Assembly (NCBI RefSeq): GCF_009914755.1 | Contig: NC_060933.1 | DNA: 64,000 nt | Origin: the human T2T-CHM13v2.0 reference genome, Homo sapiens | Strand: one strand, 5' to 3' | The notes under the pieces: model-generated | Databases searched by the model: none | What the model saw: the letters and a program-made list of their open reading frames with translations, nothing else | Told to the model about the DNA's origin: nothing | Program-made: the position numbers and the translations under genes | Shown: piece after piece, positions 39,544-56,057 of the stretch | Layout of the letters: each line of letters starts with the position of its first letter | How positions within the stretch are numbered: position 1 is the first letter of the stretch

Positions 39544-40746
39544 AGCTCTTGCATTCTTGATTGGGGTATTTGTGAGAAGCCAAGTGGTTGTCAAGAATCT
39601 AGGTGGAAAATCCAGACTCATGTCTAACCCTGGCCCCAGCCCTACAGCATTGAACACCCCCGCACATGAGCTTCGGATCAGTGGCCATCAGCCCAACTGA
39701 CTCTCTGCCATCTTCCCTTATTGTCTGGGCTTCTAGAAATTAGAGGGGCCAGGTATGTGGATAGGGTTGGATTTTGTGGTGTTTATATGATTATTACAAT
39801 GTCCTCATTTTCTTGAGAGTTACACAGACTGTTGTTCTTTTCCTCTTAGCTCAGAGGCTCAATATACCAGGAAAGCTCACTTTAGGTTCTCAGCAAGAAG
39901 TTGGAAGAGGTCAGGGAGAAATCCTTGGGGAGGAGGAACCAAGGAGACATGAAAGGTTTCTTGAAGTCCTATGGTTACTCTAAGGCCAAGCCTGAACCTT
40001 GAAACACCTAGATTTTTAGAGGATTCAGGCCAGGACACCACCTGCTATCACTGAGATGCAAAGACATGGTCCTTGAAGCAATGGACCTTGTTGCTCAGAA
40101 TGGGGAGAGAGCTTGAGCTTTTTAAGTTGGCTTTTGAAAAGATACTCTTGTACTTAAGCCCCTGCTTGACCTGCTTCTCTGTTAATGGGCTCTCCAGAAA
40201 AGAGCTTGGCTTATACTCTCTGAGTGTCTTCTTCAAGATGTAGAGTTAATGTCAGTGCTTTTAAAATCTGTTGAACCTGTGTGCCCAGGATAAACTTTTG
40301 CACCTCTTGACAATCTGAGTGAGTTCTATTTGTAGTCCTGAGTTTTGTCTTTGGGAGTGCAGAAGGTGAAAGAGACCTTGAATCACCTGGACACCCACCT
40401 GAGAAGAAGAGTGAGAAAGGAAGTGGATAACAACCTCAGTTGGAAGTAGTGTGCTCTGAGTACCTTTGTTAACAATGCTAAGAAAACAGCTTTGGCAAAG
40501 TAAGGGGTGCTGTAGGGAGAACAGGAGTGGGTTAGCTGCTCCAGTCCGTCGAGGACTGTCCTACTTGTCTGATCTGTTTGCCGGGGATCTGCATGCCCCA
40601 AGAGGACTGTTTGAATGCTTAGCACATAATATGCTTTGTACATCTTGTGAGACTATCTTCCCAAATTTTAAGAACCATTGTTATTATGGATAATATACAA
40701 ATGCATTTTAAAGCAGTATTGAATTCATACTTATTTCATTGTGTAC

Positions 40747-41041
40747 TTTTTGTTTGTTTGAGACAGGGTTGCACTCTGCTGCCCAGGCTGGAGTGCAGTG
40801 GCATGATCGCTGCTCACTGCATACTTGGATTCCTGGGCTCAGGCGATCCTCCTGCCTCAGCCTCCCGAGTAGCTAGGACTATAGGCATGTGCCACCATAC
40901 CTGGCTAATTTTTCAATTTTTTGTAGAGACGGGATCTCGCTATGCTTCCCAGGCTGGTCTTGAATGCCTCACCTCAAGCAGTCCTCCCTCTTCTGCTTCC
41001 CAAGGTGATAGGATTACAGGAATGAGCTACCATGCCTGGCC
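40747..41041 (-). mobile_element. AluJ
   Basis: Antisense Alu body; explains ORF 40647..41162. Confidence 0.9.
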
Positions 41042-41061
41042 TGTATTTTCTCAATCAACAG

Positions 41062-41144
41062 ATTCTATTGTTCTATTCTACTCTTCTATTCTATTCTATT
41101 CTATTCTATTCTATTCTATTCTATTCTATTCTATTCTATTCTAT
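41062..41144. repeat. (TTCTA)n pentanucleotide microsatellite
   Basis: About 12 pure units with degenerate 5' flank. Confidence 0.95.
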
Positions 41145-42927
41145 ACAGAAAGAAGTCTGTGAAAATTTTAGATGCTGAAAAGAGGTCCTTGTGCTTTCTT
41201 GAAAAGTGTTATATTGTAAAATTGCTTGCCCCGCAGTAGTCATCTCTGGTTAGTTGCCTATCTTGGTTATGTAATTATTCTGAAAGGTTCTGGAAAGTTT
41301 GAACTTCTTGCCACAAACCTTGACTGTTTGCCTGCTTTGGAGGGTAGGGTTAGAAGAGAGAAGAGGGCTCATCACTCAGAGGGCTGAATTTCCATTTAGC
41401 ATCACTGATCTCCTGATACTAAAACGTCCAAGCTGAGCCTCCCTGCTTTGATATAAAGTGCTGCCTCCTTCCCTCAGGATGTTTCCTCCACAAAGCAGCT
41501 GACTTCCAATGTGGCAAGAGCTCCTATTTTTCTTGACTCACAATTGCCACTGCCTTATGGATTTCAGAACACTTCCATGAACATTGTCCCATTTCATCCT
41601 CACAGATACTTCTCAGTTTAGGCTTAGAGAAACTATCAAACTTACTTAAGATCACACAATTAGTGGAGAAATTGCAGCAAGAACACAACACTTTGGGTTT
41701 CAGTAGCTCTGAACCATGACATATGAGTGTCTTTATTAGGTCATACCTTAGTGCCCTTTCAAATGGGCATTATTTAAATGTTTGCTCAATATCTGTTTAG
41801 AGATGAGAAGATGAACAGCTGTGAAAGAAGGGTAGAAAAGGGAGATGTGGAGGCAGCACCCAATTTTTCATGTTTTCCTCAGAAAGACCAAAGCCCAGCA
41901 GCTAACCGTGGATAAATTGATTATCTTTTGTTACTCAAGCATTCCCCTTAGAAATCATATTAGGACTTTTTTTCTTGAATGTAAGTGACTAAAAACAACT
42001 CAAAACAGGCTTAAGCAAATGTATTGACTCATTTAAAGGAAAAGTCCAGGGATGTACCTCACTTCAGGTATAAACTGGGTCCAGGGGCTTGAATGATGTC
42101 ACCAAAACTCATCACTTTTGATCCGTCCTCTAGTAGGGTCACCCCACTGATGGCAGCAAGAAGTCATCAGAAGTTCTTGGCGTGTATCCTATCCTCTCAG
42201 CAGCCCCAATAAAAAGAATCTGACAGTTCCCAAAAATGTCCCCAAAGGGTTGAATATCATGGGATTGATTTAGTTATTTGCCCAACTCTAAATCAATCAC
42301 TATAACCAGTAGTGGTTGGTCAGATTGGCCACATCTGGGTGCATGCCAGCTCCAAGAGCCCAGCGCACTTGGACCTCCCGTACCAAATGAGCTAAGAATA
42401 GGAGAGGCGGTCACCAAGGAAAATATGGCTTCTAGTGCCAAAAGACAAAGAAATGGATGCTGGGCAGGCCAAAGCAATGAATTTGTACTGAAGAAATGTT
42501 CCTCTAGCCCCGAACACCTGGCAGCTTACCAAAATACTGCTTTAGACAATATTCCAGACACTCCCTCAGCAGAATTCCAGTCAATACAATTTTCTCTATT
42601 CCACTGCATTATAGTTTGGTACCCTGGGCAGCTTCTCAGGTAAATCCCCTTTATTCCAACTCTGTCTTCACCAGGTGAGGAAGTTGCAGAGTGGAGGGAT
42701 TTGGCCCAAGTCACACAGCCAGGATAAGGAGGAATTCAGACCAGATCCTGTTCCCAGACCATTGGCTACTGAAACCAGGAAGCACTGCTGACCCTGACAC
42801 TTGGGCCAGCCCAGCAGCACAGCCTTGCTTGTCCCATGACCCAGCCAAGTTCTGTTAGGACCCAAGATTGGTGTAGATTATAGCACCAAAAGATCTCCAG
42901 GTTCTGGAATTGGTCCATTTTGGCCAG

Positions 42928-43283
42928 TGCTATGGTCTGAATATTCGTATCCTCCTCAGATTCGTCTAGTGAAATCCTAACCCCCAAGGTGATGGAATTA
43001 AGAAGTGTGGCTTTAGAGAGATAATTAAGTCTGAAGAGCAGAGTCTTCATGAATGAGATTAGTGTCCTTATAAGAGACACTTCCCCCCTTTCTTTTCCAC
43101 CTTGAGGACACAGCAAGAAAGCACTACCTGCAAACTAGGAAATGGGTCCTCACTAGATACTAAACCTGCTGGCACCTTGATCTTGAACTTCCCATCCCCT
43201 AGAACTGTGAGAAATACATTTCTGTTGGTTAGAAACCATCTGGTGTATGGTCTTTTGTTATAGCAGCCTGAACAGACTAAAAC
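42928..43283 (+). mobile_element. MLT1A-like LTR
   Basis: TGCTATGGTCTGAAT start; TTGTTATAGCAGCCTGAACAGACTAA end. Confidence 0.85.
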
Positions 43284-43707
43284 CTTCCGAGGTAATCATA
43301 CCCTATTTTAGGCTCTGGAGAGGGTGCATCAGTGTGGGCACTGCTGTGGACTTTGTCTAATATTCAGAATATGTGCATTGATTTAGGTAAAAAATGTTCT
43401 TAAGAGTCCCCAAAGAGTGATCATCTGGAAGGATACACATTGTGTCATTAATAGAAGTAGCACAGGCCTGTGAGATTGGGAAGGGTACTTTCACTTTTTG
43501 CTTTATCTATTCTCTGTTGTTGGAATTATTTAGCGGCAGGTGCTGAGCCCCAGTGTGATATCTGGAAGAATCACACTTGTACCTGAACACAGAGTTTGAG
43601 ATAGACCAGGCAAAGTGTCTCTGATGAGGAGCTCAGGGGCAGGTTCGTTAGGGAGAAGACTCTGGACCCAAGCATAAGGCTACCACGTACCCAGAAAAAT
43701 TAAGATC

Positions 43708-44157
<450 letters not shown>

Positions 44158-44559
44158 TGACCCTAGTAGGGAATGTCACTTGCTACACTCGTCCTAACAC
44201 CATCAAGACTGTTGACCAGTGGGCATGATGCTTACTGGCCTGGCCACTTCCCTTATGGGCAATCTTACAAGGCATAGGAGAAAAACAATCACTCAACTGG
44301 CCACACTTAGATTTTTTTTTTTTTCGTCTACACCTCCTCAAAGGAGCACACCTAGATTTTGACCTAAAAGGGAAATGACCAGCTTATTGTCTAGGCTTCA
44401 CTCCAAATGACTTTAGACTTATTTCAATCATCAAATCTGTCCTGAAATGATAATTTGTCATTTTGAGGACATCTAGAGAATAAAGCTATGTCCTAAAGTC
44501 AACAGAGGGTTTCCTAAATTTTTATTAAAAAAAGTCTCCTTTGTTAAAATGAGGATTTT

Positions 44560-44938
<379 letters not shown>

Positions 44939-46940
44939 GGTTTTCACTTTTCCAGGTGGTTACTTTGAGGAAGATGTTGTTCCTTTGCATGAGACTCCCT
45001 TTACACCGCTGACCTGAGAATACCTGGTGGCTCCAACTTTGCTTGGAACTCACCTTCTTGCTCCACTCTCCCACTGCTGATTCCTTCCCAGAAAGGGCCT
45101 GGATCCATCCCCACCTTGACTTCATCCCTTCTTCTCTTACACTAAGTGAAATCTCCAGTGGCTGGACTGGTAGTGGCCATGGATGTGTCTTTTTAATCAT
45201 TAGTAAATCTAAGGACCTTGATAGTTCTGGGCCACTAAGTTTTTTCTTATAGAGTCTACAAGAAAGAGAAAGAGGTGGTGACGGGAGATAAAATAGACTC
45301 ATCTTTTCTTTCCTATTTCCCCTTATCCACATAAGCAAAACCTTTTAGAAAACTGAAAATGAGATGTACTTGGAATAAGATGGAACTCTAAACCTTCAAG
45401 AGATGGGCACTAGAAGGAGATGTCCAGAGTGGCAGGAGTGGGGCACAGGAGTGTGGAGGCAAGCTGCAGACGGGACAGTGCAGCTGGCCAGGAATATACT
45501 GCGTGTCCCTTTGGGGGCCTTTTGATTGCATTTCTATTACTCCCTCCCTCTGGCCCTCCAGTTCCCTCCTTACTCCCCTTTAATGCTCTGCCTCAGCCTG
45601 GTTTCAAAATGAAGGACTGGGAACAGGATGACCTTTTTCTCTTCTGCATTAAATTGATAGAAATGATAGCAAATATATTTTGTAAATCAATTAATGAATT
45701 GCAAACATGAAAACACAACAGGGAACTGTCTTGCTGGACCAGAAATAGCAAAGCATTCCTAAGAGAAGGATGCAGACAGGAAACCCAAAGTAAATCAGTC
45801 TTGAAACCATAAGCCAGGCTGCTCCTCTGTCAAGAAACTGTCTAAGCCCAAGACTTACTCAGAAGAGTACCAATCAAGAATTACCAAACATCTGAGACAA
45901 TAATACCGTGAAAGAAAGAAAAACAACTCAGCAAATGAAAGTCCTTCCTAAGGAGGCAGTGTAGATGGGAGGTAGAGGGCTGAGCCATACCCTCCCTTAA
46001 AGAATCCCATGCGACCTGGGCATGCCCACTTCCCAGTAGACTGGCTCTTCCCAGCATGGTAACCAGTGGTGGTTGTGCTGAGCAAATGCTTCTGTGATTG
46101 GGGAGGTGCTGGCAGGGATGTAGGCACACAAAGATGCTGTGGATAGTCTGGATTTCTTGCTAACTTGGCCTGGGGTTTTGGAGCCTTGGGTCCAGGATGC
46201 TCCTGGAAGAAGGGTCAGTCTTTGCAGCCCAAACCGTGAAGTTGAACTCCCAAGTTAACACTTGCAAATTCATTCATTGCCTACTAAGCAGTGGGCAGGT
46301 TGGCTATCCACTCTTTCTCATCTCTGTGTCTTTAAAGCCATGATTCTCGAGGGAGGGGAGGGAGGGGGGAGCATGCCTTCCTAAGTAAGAGTATCAGGGT
46401 CATTTATTCTCTCCCTCTGATCCCAGCACCTATAAACTCCATCCTGCCCCCTCCTCAATTCTGATATGCTTTCTCTAGGGTGTATGTGGTGTCCACCCCC
46501 ACTGAAGAGACGTGTTTTGATATTCAGCTGGGCTAAGGTAGTTAAAAATTTAGAGAACCACCATTTTTAGGTAATTGTGATTCTTTCCAATTTGTATAAA
46601 TCACCTATCTGGTACAAACTATCTTCCTTATTCTGATGACCCAAACGCATCTCTCTCACCAGAGCTCTTAAACTGTTTCAGAATTACAGCCCAGCTTTCT
46701 CCCCTTGAAGACCTCACAGGAATGAGAAGCCTAAATGCTCAAAGCAGAGCTCATTTTATCTTGCTTCCAGAGCCCATCCTCGGCCTACATTTGTTTTCTT
46801 GGTGGATGATAGCTCAATCCAGAAATCTTGGACTATTTATTTTATTATTTATTTATATAGAAGATGCAAGGTGAGATCTTGGAGTCCTCTTTTGCTGTAC
46901 CCTCTCTTATTTCCCATATTCTACACCCCGCTACCTCCCC

Positions 46941-47226
<286 letters not shown>

Positions 47227-49596
47227 TCCTACACCCTTTTCATCAGCCTCCAGTCATATTAATTCTACCTCCTTAATAGTTCTCATCATTATCCCTTTTC
47301 TCCACATCCATGGACACTTGTTTAACCATTTCATTAATTTAAGCATCCACAGTCTCCTAATTGGTTTCTCTGACTCTAGTCTTGCTCCCTCCAATTCATT
47401 TTCCTCTCTGCTCTCCAGATCTATCTCAGTAAAACAAATCTTACCAGGCCACTTCCCTGTTAAAGTCTTCACTGTAAAGGGGAATAGAGAATTTGTATCA
47501 GAAGTTCTAAAAATCTTCATAGGCTTTGATGGGTATGATTTCCTTGCTAGAAGTTTATCCTAAGGAAGTAATCAGATGTTTGGACAAAGGTTTGAGTACA
47601 AAGATGGTCACAGGAAAAATCTAACCATTCGATATTAGGAAATTTGTCAAACCAAAGGACATTTATAAGATGAAATCTCATATAGCCATTCTATGTTGTG
47701 AGCTACAGAGAATTTAAAAATATGCTGGGGACAGCTTGGACCAGGTGGTGTCTTTGCTGATCCTCATGGTACCCTTGGCATATCTCCCTCAGAGCATCGG
47801 AGGACTTATCCCACTGTGTCTGCCTGTTCTTGGTTCTTCCCCATTGGGTTATAAGGTTCTAGAAGGGACTGTGTTATATTTGTCTCTTTACCCCCACGTC
47901 CTGTAGCAATGCTGGCATACAGTATGGTGTGGGAGTGGGATGTCCTTAAGGATAGTTGGGCTTCAAGATCTGACACACCCTTAAGTGGTATATCCAAAAC
48001 TGAAATCAATGCTCCTCCCAACCCCTACCCCAAAAAATCTCAGACCCAGAATGTTATTCCTCTCCTCCATAGCAATCTCCATGAAAGAGTCATCTTTGGT
48101 GGCCTTGGAGGTACCAACCTTTCCCATACTGGTGAAGAACATGGTGTGGTGTGATCCTATCCCATAGCTCCTTAATCTTCCCTATATCCTAGTACCCAGA
48201 TTTTAAAAAATAGGGCTCAGGCTGGGCTCTGAGGTGAGGGAAGAGGAAAGTTGGGGCTAGCCAGGGCCCTGAGGCATGGGCGGGGCGTGGTGTGACATGG
48301 TAAGGGGTGGGAGTGGGCAGGAGAGACTGCCTGGGTGAGGCTTGCCTCAGATGGAGAAGCCTGACCTGGATCCACTTGCTGCCTGTAGGAGCTCAGTCGC
48401 CAAAACCTGTCTGGCCTAAAGACAGGCACAGTTTGATTTAATAGTTGGTACTGACCTCACTTGAACATTAAATCAATAAATGCCAACTTAATGGAGCTGT
48501 TGCTGGGAAACTAAGGAGTATCAAATATCCAATATCTGCACAGAGGAGATTGTTTTGATCTGTTTTGTTTTTCTAAAGCTGCAACTTGCTCCTTGGTGCA
48601 CTTTAGGTTATTCCTTTTTGGTAGGAAAGTGGCTCCCACACTCTCCTCTCCACCCACCCTTTGAAGAGGCTTGGAAATGCACTCAGCAGCTGCCCCCATG
48701 ATAAGCCGAAGGGCCTGTCCTGTCCAGGTTGGCAGGTCCTCCCAGCAGGCAGAGTGAGGAGTTCATGAATGAGGGAGGAGACTATGGTGTCTCAGAAGGA
48801 AAACTCTAGAGGAAAAACACTTGAGTAACAATGCCCAGTTCAACCTCTGGATCTCTCTTGCAGCTTGCTGAGGCTCTATTTCCAGCTGAACTGTGTAGCT
48901 CTCAGCGTGGGTGCCTTTTATCCATCACTGGTGTCATGCCAGGTCATCTTCATCTTTTCTTAGCTAACTGAGGAGGACAGTCATCCAAGCTGGGGTCTCC
49001 TCTCCTGTGTGTCTCTCCTAGGGATGGAGTTGCCAGGCTTTGTGCTTGTTTTACTTCTTCTCCAGCCTTTCCTTCCCCTCCCTTTCCTGTTCCCTAGGTT
49101 GGTCATAGCAGAGGTTGTGTTGGAGGGTGGTACTGGCTTTTGGGAAAAAGAGGACAATCCCCATGTTCTTCAACACGGCTGCCGCAAACACTACCCAGAA
49201 ACAGGCTGGGAATGGGGACTTGAATGCCAGCTGTGGGGTGCCTGCCTTGCAGCCAGCTCTGCCAAAGCTTGTGGTTATGATTGTCTCCTTTCTTCTGCTT
49301 CACAGCCAGTCATAAATGCCATCTTCCTTGGATGTCTGAGTCCCTTGGAAACTGGGCTCTGAACTCGATTCCACTGGGGTTAACCATGGGCTATGCTATC
49401 AGAATTTCCACCTAGGCCTCCAGTTTCCTTAGAGCAAAAGGAAAACAAATTGTGAAAGGGGAGTAGCAGAGTGGGAAGGTGGTCTAAGGACAGCTGTTCT
49501 GACCTGAGTAATATTACATCCCTGATGGGAGGCAGCAAGTGCAGCACCTTCCACACCTGAAACCATCACTTAAATAGCGCTTCATGGTTTGGGGAC

Positions 49597-50057
49597 TGTG
49601 ACAGTTTCCTAGGGGGCTATAACAGAGTACTGTAAACTGGGTGGCTTAAAACAACAGAAATTTATCATCTCACAGTTCTGGAGGCCAGAAGTCCAAAATT
49701 AAGTTGCTGGCAGTTGGTTCCTTCTGAGAGTTCTGAGGGAGAATCTTTTCCTTGCCTCTCTCTTAGCTTCTGGTAATCCCAGACATTCCTTGGCTTATTG
49801 ATGCTTATAGATGTCCTTTGAATAGTAGACGCAATCCTCCATTTTCATATGGTGTTCTCCTTGGGTCTCTTTCTTCATGTCTGTCTTCTGTTAAAGATAC
49901 CAATCATATTGAATTAGAAGTCCACCTACTCCAGTATAACCTCATCTTATCTAATTAAATCTTCAACAACCCTATTTCTAAATAATGTTACATTCTGAGG
50001 TTCTGGGATTAGGACTTCAACATATCTTTTTTTAGGGGATATATAGTTCAACCCATA
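49597..50057 (-). mobile_element. MLT1B/C-like LTR
   Basis: AACTGGGTGGCTTAAAACAACAGAAATTTATCATCTCACAGTTCTGGAGGCCAGAAGTCC signature. Confidence 0.88.
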
Positions 50058-50321
50058 ATGGAGATCAAAGGCTGAAGGATTTGCAGCAAGCAGATCCGGG
50101 AGTTATGTGGGTAACTTGGAAGACCTGCCAAAACAGTGGTCTTGTTAATTCTACAGGGAAAGCCATCTGAACTCCAAGACTTCATAAAACCGTATTTGTA
50201 TGTATTGTATTGGTGAAGACTTCGGTGGCAAGTCATGGAAATTAACTTAAATAAGTTTAGGTTGCAAACGATGGAAACTCAATTCCAGCTGGTTTATACA
50301 AAATAATAAGAAAAGAAATTC

Positions 50322-50657
50322 GGCCGGGCGCAGTAGCTCACACCTGTAATCCCAGCACTTTCGGAAGATGAGGCGGGTGGATCACTTGAGGTCAGGAGTT
50401 TGAGAACAGCCTGGCCAACATGGTGAAACCCCATCTCTACTAAAACTACAAAAATTAGTCGGGTGTGGTGGTGGGCACCTGTAATCCCAGCTACTCAGGA
50501 GGCTGAGGTAAGAGAATTGCTTGAACCCTGGAGGTGGAGGTTGCAGTGAGCCGAGATTGCACCACTGCACTCCAGTGTGGGCAAAAGAGCAAGAGAGGAA
50601 GACATCATCTCAAAAAAAAAAAAAAAAAAAGAAAGAAAGAAAGAAAGAAAGAAAGAA
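50322..50657 (+). mobile_element. AluS with (GAAA)n tail
   Basis: Full dimer; TSD AAGAAATTC. Confidence 0.92.
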
Positions 50658-51957
50658 ATTCATTGTAATGAATTGTAATTCAAATAATGACAAAAACCAC
50701 GATTATTTTTGTACCAGCCTAATATAACCAGAAAAATCTGGGAATGGACCTAGTTTTAGGTAGAGCAGAATCTAAGGTTCAAATTATGCATTTGGAAGTG
50801 TCTCTCCTCCCTCCTCCCTTCTTCCCTCCTTCTCTCTCTCTCCTTCCCTTCCTCCCTCCCTTTTTTCTTCTCTCTGCTCTCTCTTTACCTGTCCTTCTCT
50901 TGGTTTGGCTTGTTTCTGCTTGGTTTCATTCTACAGGCAGGGCCTCTTCGCAAAGAGGGTTTTAAAATGGTGGCTGAACATTCTGAAAACATCATCTCAG
51001 TTTAGCTACCCCAGCAGAATGAGAACTTCTCTTCCCAACTCCCTAGATCAATCCTGGGGAAGACACTGATTGGCCTTGCTTGAATCATGTGCCCACACAC
51101 AAACCAATCATTGTGGCCAGGGGGATAGGGTGACTGGCCAGTCTGGATCATGAATTCACCCTCTGGGGGCTATCCATGACAATTTGTCCTACTAGATAGG
51201 ACCTCATGAGAATCTGGGGAAAACCAAAGAAGGAGGAAACAAGTTACTAGACTAACACTATAGCTACTACGGTCCACTACATATTCCAACCAGCTTAAAG
51301 GAAAGGGGGAATTTATCTTAAGGATACAGGAGTATCTTGTGGAATACGAGGGAAGGCATACAGCTGGGCCTTTGGAGAGAACTTGGAAGCTATCAGGACC
51401 CTGGCAGCTTCTTTCTGCCCAGATGCTTCATTCTCTCTCTCTGCAATCCTCCTTTTTCTGCTTCTTAGTGTACCCAGTGGGAAGAAAGTGGTGTCTCTAC
51501 AACCTCCCGGTTTTGATCTTCTTCATTCAAGGGACCAGCCTAATTTAAATGTGCAAGGAAAGAAAGCTGATTGATCCAGCTTGAGTCAGATTTCCACCCC
51601 CTAATCAATTGTGTTCAGTGTGTGTGGGGGAAGGGGGCATACACCAGAAACAACATACCCAGAGGAGAAGGATCCAGTATGTGTCAGTTTTAATCTCCTG
51701 CAAGTGTAAAAGCTCCCTAGAATCATCCTAAGGATCATTTTATCCTAAGACCTTCATTTTGCAGATAAATGGAAGTCTCAAAAAGTTAAAGAGTTTGAGA
51801 TCTCACCCATACAGACAGAGGCAAGATAATGACCTAGCTATAACTGGTGCCCAGGTCCCAGGATTTCCTTTCCAGCTCCTTCTACAACTCCATGTTTAGG
51901 CTTAATAATTTCCATGGCTCTTGTCTATAGAGAAAAGTACAAAGCAAGTATAATCAC

Positions 51958-52011
51958 ACAGAACACACCTATGCACACACATGCACACACGCACACACAC
52001 ACACACACACA
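51958..52011. repeat. Imperfect (CA)n microsatellite
   Basis: CA run. Confidence 0.9.
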
Positions 52012-53203
52012 CCCCACTGGCCAACAGAAAACCTGCCTTTCTCCTTCATAGCCTTTGCTTCTGCTGTCCCTCTGTCTGAGTGGTCCTTCCACCTCTGACA
52101 TCCAACCCTTGGCTTGGTTAATTCCTATACATCTTTTAAAGCTCAGCTCAGTTATGACTTGCTAAAAGAAGCTCTTCTGAAATCCCAAACTAGGTCAGCC
52201 CCCACCCTGTTTTGTGTTTTTCTAGTATTTCTGGATTTTCCTTCTTTTGTCATTAAGTTATCAAGAATGAAAATTTGTGTAATTTGTTCAGTAGATGCCT
52301 CCTCCTGGGTTGCAAGAGCTACAGGGCCAAGACTGTGTAGTATCCCTGTGTTGGGCACCATTCTTGCACATGGTAGGTGCTTTGTGAATATTTGTCAGGA
52401 AAACCAAAAAGAATGAAACATAAGAGAACAACAAGAAAAAGAATCTTTACCTTTACCCTTTCTCTTGGAGGAATATTTGACTTCTTATTCTTGTGAAATC
52501 TGGGAGATTAGGAAAAAAGCTTCTGAAATGAAGGTTATTTCAGAAGTAATTTTTATGGGAGAGCTTCCAGAATTCTTAGCCTCAGTAATGATAATGGCTA
52601 ACATTTTGGAGCAGCTACCATCTGCCAGGCTTGGCAGTGCTAAGTGCATTGTCCCTTTTAATCCTCGCATGAACTCTTTGGAATAGGTACTATAGGTGCT
52701 GAGCCTGGCTCTTCAGAACAATAAGCATCCTGACAAATGACTGGTCCCTTGAAGACAGTACCAGGTCTTATTCTTTGCACTTGGCCGGAGACTAGCCAGA
52801 TGCTGAGGTGTGCTCAGTAAATGGGGATCATGGCTGAGAGGCCCTTGCAGGAAGCTAGAACCTCACACACTTCCTCTGGTTCCAGAGCAGGGGTGTGTAG
52901 AATCTGTAGGGAGACACTGGTGGGTGTTTTCACAGGAGACTGTAGTGCCCAAGCAGCTTTAAAAGGGCTAAGGGAATTTTCTGGGATGCTCTACGCTTAT
53001 GTGGGAGCTGACTTTGCTTTGGGCCAAAAATCTGTGGGTGGTGTTCAGATCTCCTTCTATGTCCTTGTAAATAAAAAACCTTTGAAATGCACAATCACAC
53101 AAAAAGCACCATTTATTTGAACTTTTTGAATCTGTTCTTCCTAAGTGGGTACTTATGCTTGCCACCAGAAACTGATTGATTTCTTTCTAAAGCCCTTGGT
53201 ATC

Positions 53204-53585
53204 TGTCTTAGTCTTTTATATGGCTGTAACCATACACAATACCATAAACTGAGTGTCTTATAAGCAATGGAAATTTCTTTTTCACAGTTCTGCAAGATGG
53301 AAGGTCCAAGATCAAGGCACTGGCAGATTTGGTGTCTGGTGAGGGCTCACTTCCTGGTTTTATAGATGGGGCCTTCTTGCTGTGTCCTCCTCACATGGTA
53401 GAAGGGGTCTGGGGTTCTCTAGGCACCCCCCAGTTTTTTTTAAATAAGGATATTCACTAATCGTCTTCTGATGGCTCTGCCCCATGACATAATCATCTAA
53501 AGGCCCTACCTCCTAATACCACCACCATGGGAATCAGGTTTCAACATTGGAATTTTGAGGGGATGCAAACATTGAGGCCATAGCA
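53204..53585 (-). mobile_element. MaLR solo LTR (MLT1A/MST-like)
   Basis: TG...CA termini with perfect 5-bp TSD GTATC (53199-53203, 53586-53590). Confidence 0.88.
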
Positions 53586-54093
53586 GTATCTAATGTCTCA
53601 CATGATCCTTGCAGGAGCAGCCTCCTGAAGTGAGGGTGGCAAGTATGTGACAGGGCACCCACAAAGGCAGACGAGGACTCTGAGAACCAACAGGACTTCT
53701 CTGGTCTTATTCTGAGGCTAAGACAAAAACCGCACCTGAGCCAGATCTCTCAGCCTGGCAGCTCCAGGACCCGTGGGCCCTGCCACTGGCCCATCTCAAC
53801 GGCTAGGACCTAGAGCATCATCAAGCTGCAGGTTAAACAGGTTGGTTGGTTCTGATTTGACTGCACCTCTACAAGGACCTATGGCTGCACTTGTTGATAC
53901 TTTCCCGAGGAGCCACAACACTGAGCAATGAGGGGAGGAGCATGTGTTAGTTCATTCATCAAGTCCTAAATGTTACCTACTATGTGCCAGGTGCTGAGCC
54001 AGGCACCAGAGATACCATGATGAACAAGACACATAAATCTTACCCTCATTGAGCTTACACCATGTGAAAGAGAAGTATGAAATAATTATACGT

Positions 54094-54503
<410 letters not shown>

Positions 54504-54761
54504 TAGGCTGTCACTGTTGTCATTGTCACCCCTACCCTCTCGCAGAGAGTGGTTCCCATTTGCCAGAGCTCATTTATTGTCCTGAAGGTCTGTGAAAAGA
54601 TGACAAAGTCGTGTTGCCTTCTTTCCACTTTCCCAAGTCTCACGTGAGCACCCCTAACTGGCAGAATCAATTCACACCCACAAGCCTAGCTGCAAGGGGA
54701 CCTGGGAAATGTATTCCCAGCTTTCCAACCTCTCCACCCAGGAGATGAAACAGCCAATTTA

Positions 54762-55059
54762 GGCCAGGTGCAATGGCTTACACATGTAAAACCAGCACTA
54801 TGGGAGGCTGAGGAGGGAAGATTACTTGAGCCCAGGAGTTTGAGACCAGCCTGGACAACAGGGCGAGACCATCATCTCTACAAAAAATACAAAAAAAATT
54901 AGCTAGGCGTGGTGTCCTGTGCCTGTGGTCCCAGCTCCTCAGGAGGCTGAGGCAGGAGGATCGCTTGAGATCGAGGCTGCAGTGAGCCGTGATCGCGCCA
55001 CTGCACTCCAGTCTGGGTGACAGCGAGACCCTATCTCAAAAAAGAAAAAAAAAAGAAAG
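54762..55059 (+). mobile_element. AluJ
   Basis: Dimer with small right-arm deletion; TSD AGCCAATTTA. Confidence 0.88.
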
Positions 55060-55109
55060 AGCCAATTTAAGTATCCAGCGCACACAGGGCAAGCCCAAAT
55101 CTGTATGTT

Positions 55110-55750
<641 letters not shown>

Positions 55751-56057
55751 CTTAAGTCTGTATTTTTTAAACAAACATCCAGCTAATTCTGATGCAGGTG
55801 GACCACATGTTGAGAAACACTGCTCTAACACAGAGAATTGAAGCTTATTGCCCAAAGCCACATAACCAAGAAGGCTTTGACGCCAGAGCGTGGATTCAAG
55901 AGCCCATGCTTTTCCTACTTGGACAGTAGATGTCAGAAGGAGGGCCTTGAAGATAAGACATATGTTTCAGTTGTCAATTGAAGCATAACAAAATAACCAA
56001 ACTTTGGTTTCAACATCAATGATTTCTTAAGATTCTGTCGTCCTGGCCGGGTGATTC

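Noticed and set aside
48433-48476. 10-bp inverted repeat TTGATTTAAT/ATTAAATCAA
   Set aside because: Short and AT-rich; compatible with chance
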